Below are positions 60,722 to 64,000 of a DNA stretch of 64,000 nt, piece after piece (the stretch's first letter is position 1; every line of letters starts with the position of its first letter). The notes under the pieces are model-generated. The model saw only the letters and a program-made list of their open reading frames with translations. It did no database searches and was not told where the DNA came from. The DNA is taken from positions 160,001 to 224,000 of the forward strand of contig CAVRVY010000004.1 of assembly GCA_963724765.1 (NCBI GenBank), given 5' to 3'. The DNA comes from an uncultured delta proteobacterium. Lineage in GTDB: Bacteria; Desulfobacterota; Binatia; Binatales; Binataceae. The translations under genes were made by a program, and so were the position numbers.

Positions 60722-61267
60722 ATGGCCACGCCATCGGTCGCAAGGCTCGGACACGTCGGTCTGCACGTCGAGGATCTCGAGAAGGAAAAAGCTTTCTACC
60801 GCGACATCATCGGCTTGACCGTAACCGACGAGGACCCGGAGATGGGGATGGTGTTCATGAGCGCCCGCCCCGAGGAAGAGCATCACGAACTGTTGCTTTG
60901 CCGCGGGCGCAACGTCGGCACCGAGGCCCGGGTGGTGCAGCAGGTTTCGTTTCGATGCAACTCGCTCGACGACGTGCTCGGATTTTATCAGCGCTTCAAG
61001 GAGCATGGCGTAAAGTTCGACGTCATCCTCTCCCACGGCAATGCCATTGGCATTTACGTTTACGATCCAGAAGGCAACCGCTGCGAGACCTATTGGAATA
61101 CCGGTCTCAAGGCGAAGCAGCCGTATGGGCAGGTCCTGGATCTGGAAAAGCCGGCGGCCGAGTTGATGAAGGAGGTCGAGGAGTCGGTCCGCAAGTACGG
61201 CAAGACCGGATTCCTCGACCGCGAACGGCTGGCGCTCCAGAACATCGGACCGGCGCCGAAAAAGTAG
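60722..61267 (+). CDS. VOC/glyoxalase family protein
   Basis: LGHVGLHV...FYRDIIGL, HHEL, YVYDPEGN; GGAGG RBS. Confidence 0.88.
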   Translation: MATPSVARLGHVGLHVEDLEKEKAFYRDIIGLTVTDEDPEMGMVFMSARPEEEHHELLLCRGRNVGTEARVVQQVSFRCNSLDDVLGFYQRFKEHGVKFDVILSHGNAIGIYVYDPEGNRCETYWNTGLKAKQPYGQVLDLEKPAAELMKEVEESVRKYGKTGFLDRERLALQNIGPAPKK

Positions 61268-61276
61268 GCGCCTCGG

Positions 61277-63967
61277 CTACTGCGATTCGGCGTTGTACGC
61301 GCGCACCAATATCGGACGTGCCGCGCGACCTTCGCTGAAGTCCACGCTGACCGCGCCACTGCGATCGGTCCTGAACACGCGCGCTCCCGCCGCGAGGTAA
61401 CGATCGACGACCTCGGTGGCCGGAAATCCAAAACGGTTGCGATAGCCGAGCGAAAGCACGACCACCTGCGGACGCACTGCCGCGACAAACGCGCTGGAGG
61501 ACGACGTGCGGCTGCCGTGATGCGGCGCCTTGAGCACGGTCGCCGCGAGCATCGCAGCCGGCGTGCGCGCAAGCAGCGCTCGCTCGCCCACGGCCTCGAT
61601 ATCGCCGGTGAAAAGCATGCTTTGCGAGGTCGCGTTTTGAGAACCCTGGGCAATCCGCAGCACCATCGAGAGATTATTGTCCCTGGTCGCGGCCTCGTCC
61701 GGCGCGGGACCGAGGCATCGCACCGACGCGCCGCCCAGCCTCAGCGGACGCATCGACGAGTCGACAATCCGCAGCGGAATTTTTTCCGCGGCAACCTCGG
61801 CCATCAGCGCCGTGTACATCGGCTCGCGCTTGACCGCGCTGGTGATCCAGCACTCGCGGGGCGAGAAATTGCGCGCCACGAAAAACATCCCGCCGAAATG
61901 GTCAAGGTCGGGATGGCTCACCACCAGGTAATCGACGCGCATGATCTTCTCGGCCCAGAGATAACGCGCGACCACGCGCTCGCCGAAGTCGAAACCGCCG
62001 GGCCATGCGCTGCCCGCGTCGATCAACATCACGCGCCCGCCCGCAAAACGCACCACCGCGGCGTCGCCCTCACCCACCGAGAGGAACGTGACGCGCAAGC
62101 CAGGTGTGAACCATCGATCGTACGTCCACCATCCCGCGTCCGCGGCCAGTATCACGCCCAGAATTAGGAAGCACGCTAGGCGCCATCGGACAGCGGATCG
62201 CGCGGAAGGTTGCGGCAGCGGGCTCATCGCGGCGCGCTCGATTGGCCTCGTCAGCCACAGGAGCAGGAATCCATAAACGATCGCGATTTCGAGCGGAGTC
62301 GGGGTGAAAATTCCGAAATACGCCGCCGGCCATCGCACGAACCATCCGGCAAGCCACGTGCCCGCCGCAAGCGACCATCCGGCGACGATCAGCAGCGGCG
62401 CGCCGAACGCCGGTGCGATCATCCCGATCGCGCACGCTATCAATCCAAGGATTACCCCGCCGACAGCCATGATCGGCACGACTATCGAGTTGGCGATCAC
62501 GCCAACCGCCGAGAACTGGTTGAAGTGATGGGCAGTGAGCGGCGCAACGCCGATTAGCGCCCAGAACGAGACGGCGACGTAGCCCGCAATCGCAGCGCCG
62601 GCGCGCGGAATCCATTGCCGCGTACGCGCCGCGCCCGGCGGATGCTTCGCCACGTCGTGTATTACAATCCGCCGCCGCCACCACGGCACGAAACGGCGCA
62701 TTCCGAGCACGATCGCCAGCACCGAGGCGAACGATAGCTGGAAACCGATGTCCGCGGTCGAGCCCGGCAGCGCCAGGCAAATCACGATCGCCGCCAGCGC
62801 GAGGCTCGCCAGCAATGCGCGCGCGCGGTCGGCTATCACCGCCAGCGCGTACGCGAGCACCATCACCAGCGCCCGCGCGGTCGAGACGTGAGGCATCGCA
62901 ATCGCGGCATAGGCGCTCGCGGCGAGCGCCGCGGCGAGCGCCGCCGCCTTGTTGGCGTAACCGCGCGCCGTCAGCGCCGGCAACAGCATCATCAGCAGCC
63001 GCACGAAGCTGAACGCGGCGGCGGCGACGAATCCCAGATGCAGTCCGGAGATAACCAGCATGTGCGCCAGTCCGGCCAGCGCGAACCGCTGGCGCAGGGC
63101 TTCGCCGATACCGCCGCGGTCGCCGATTATCAGCGCTCGCATCTCGGCGCGCTCTTCGCCGGCGAGGTTGGCGTCGATAAAGCCGCCGATTCGCGCGCGA
63201 ATCGCGGCGATTTGCGAAGCCGGAAACTCGCGGCGGTAACCGATTACCGCAAGCCGCGTGCGGGCGCCCGCGTTCAGCACCATCGTTGCGGCGATTCCCT
63301 GGCGCGCCAGGTATGTCGCGTAATCGAACTCGCCCGGATCGCCGAAGTTGCGCACAAAGCGCAGCGCACCTTCGACCCGCACCTCGTCGCCGACGCGAAC
63401 GGGCGCGGGCGCGCCCACAACCGTCAAGCGAATAGTGCCCCCTGAAGCCCGAAGCCTGGAGGCGGACGCGCCGGCGCGCTCGACGTCGACGAATACGTAC
63501 TCGCGATCCGGGTATTGTTGCGAGGCGCGGTTGATTCGTCCCTCGAGCGTGAGCGCCGCGCCGTCGGAAAAATTGCGGATGCTGTGCGCTGAGTAATGCG
63601 GCGCGACGGATTCGCGCGCCGGCATCGAAGCGGCCGCGGCGATCGCAAGCATCGCGACGGCGATCGCCGCCGGCGCCGCACGCCGCATGAAGAGTGCGGC
63701 CGATGCTATCGCGAGCGTCGCGGCCAGCCATAGCGGCACGCTAAAGAGGCTCACGCCTATCGCGTCGCCCGCCAGGATCGCGACGGCGACGAGATAGATC
63801 GGCGCAATTTCAAGCAGCAAGCCGAACGATATAAACGCATACGCCGGCGGAGCGCGCGAAGGGGTGAGCGTTGCGGACGGGAGCGCGCGCACTCGCGCTG
63901 GCGTTGGCGCGTTCGCGGCTGCGGCGGCCGCAAGCGGAGCGTTGCTACCGGCCGCCATTGCGCGCAC
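61277..63967 (-). CDS. comEC: DNA internalization competence protein ComEC/Rec2
   Basis: AHMLVISGLH, GFQLSF, VGEGDA, SHPDLDHFGG, HHGS; start uncertain. Confidence 0.93.
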   Translation of the reverse strand: MRAMAAGSNAPLAAAAAANAPTPARVRALPSATLTPSRAPPAYAFISFGLLLEIAPIYLVAVAILAGDAIGVSLFSVPLWLAATLAIASAALFMRRAAPAAIAVAMLAIAAAASMPARESVAPHYSAHSIRNFSDGAALTLEGRINRASQQYPDREYVFVDVERAGASASRLRASGGTIRLTVVGAPAPVRVGDEVRVEGALRFVRNFGDPGEFDYATYLARQGIAATMVLNAGARTRLAVIGYRREFPASQIAAIRARIGGFIDANLAGEERAEMRALIIGDRGGIGEALRQRFALAGLAHMLVISGLHLGFVAAAAFSFVRLLMMLLPALTARGYANKAAALAAALAASAYAAIAMPHVSTARALVMVLAYALAVIADRARALLASLALAAIVICLALPGSTADIGFQLSFASVLAIVLGMRRFVPWWRRRIVIHDVAKHPPGAARTRQWIPRAGAAIAGYVAVSFWALIGVAPLTAHHFNQFSAVGVIANSIVVPIMAVGGVILGLIACAIGMIAPAFGAPLLIVAGWSLAAGTWLAGWFVRWPAAYFGIFTPTPLEIAIVYGFLLLWLTRPIERAAMSPLPQPSARSAVRWRLACFLILGVILAADAGWWTYDRWFTPGLRVTFLSVGEGDAAVVRFAGGRVMLIDAGSAWPGGFDFGERVVARYLWAEKIMRVDYLVVSHPDLDHFGGMFFVARNFSPRECWITSAVKREPMYTALMAEVAAEKIPLRIVDSSMRPLRLGGASVRCLGPAPDEAATRDNNLSMVLRIAQGSQNATSQSMLFTGDIEAVGERALLARTPAAMLAATVLKAPHHGSRTSSSSAFVAAVRPQVVVLSLGYRNRFGFPATEVVDRYLAAGARVFRTDRSGAVSVDFSEGRAARPILVRAYNAESQ

Positions 63968-64000
63968 CGGAGCCAGCTCTAAATCGGGATGGCCCGAATC

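Overview
High-GC bacterial chromosomal window. The gene content and small secreted-protein families suggest Ca. Binatota or a Deltaproteobacteria-like lineage (inference). Housekeeping genes (carAB, recG, rlpA, dgt, queC, birA, nadC, valS, tRNA-Leu, gcvH, ald, aspS, hisS, comEC) flank a ~10 kb accessory island (15954-25909). The island ends in a canonical XerC/XerD dif site (25882-25909, minus strand GCTTCGCATAA-GAAATA-TTATGTCAACT). KOPS-like GGGNAGGG motifs switch strand across this site, so this looks like the replication terminus. The island is an ordered array of six further dif-like sites, two single-gene cassettes and three different IS1595-family cargo transposons. Their 8-bp target duplications consist of the outer 3 bp of a XerD arm plus the next 5 bp, which points to a dif/XerD-side targeted transposon system. 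Each transposase is followed by a small basic protein, and one element carries a RusA-like gene interrupted by an IS3. A second notable locus is a response-regulator receiver domain fused to an intact LpxC, directly downstream of an NtrY-like histidine kinase. All calls come from reading the sequence by eye; no database searches were run.
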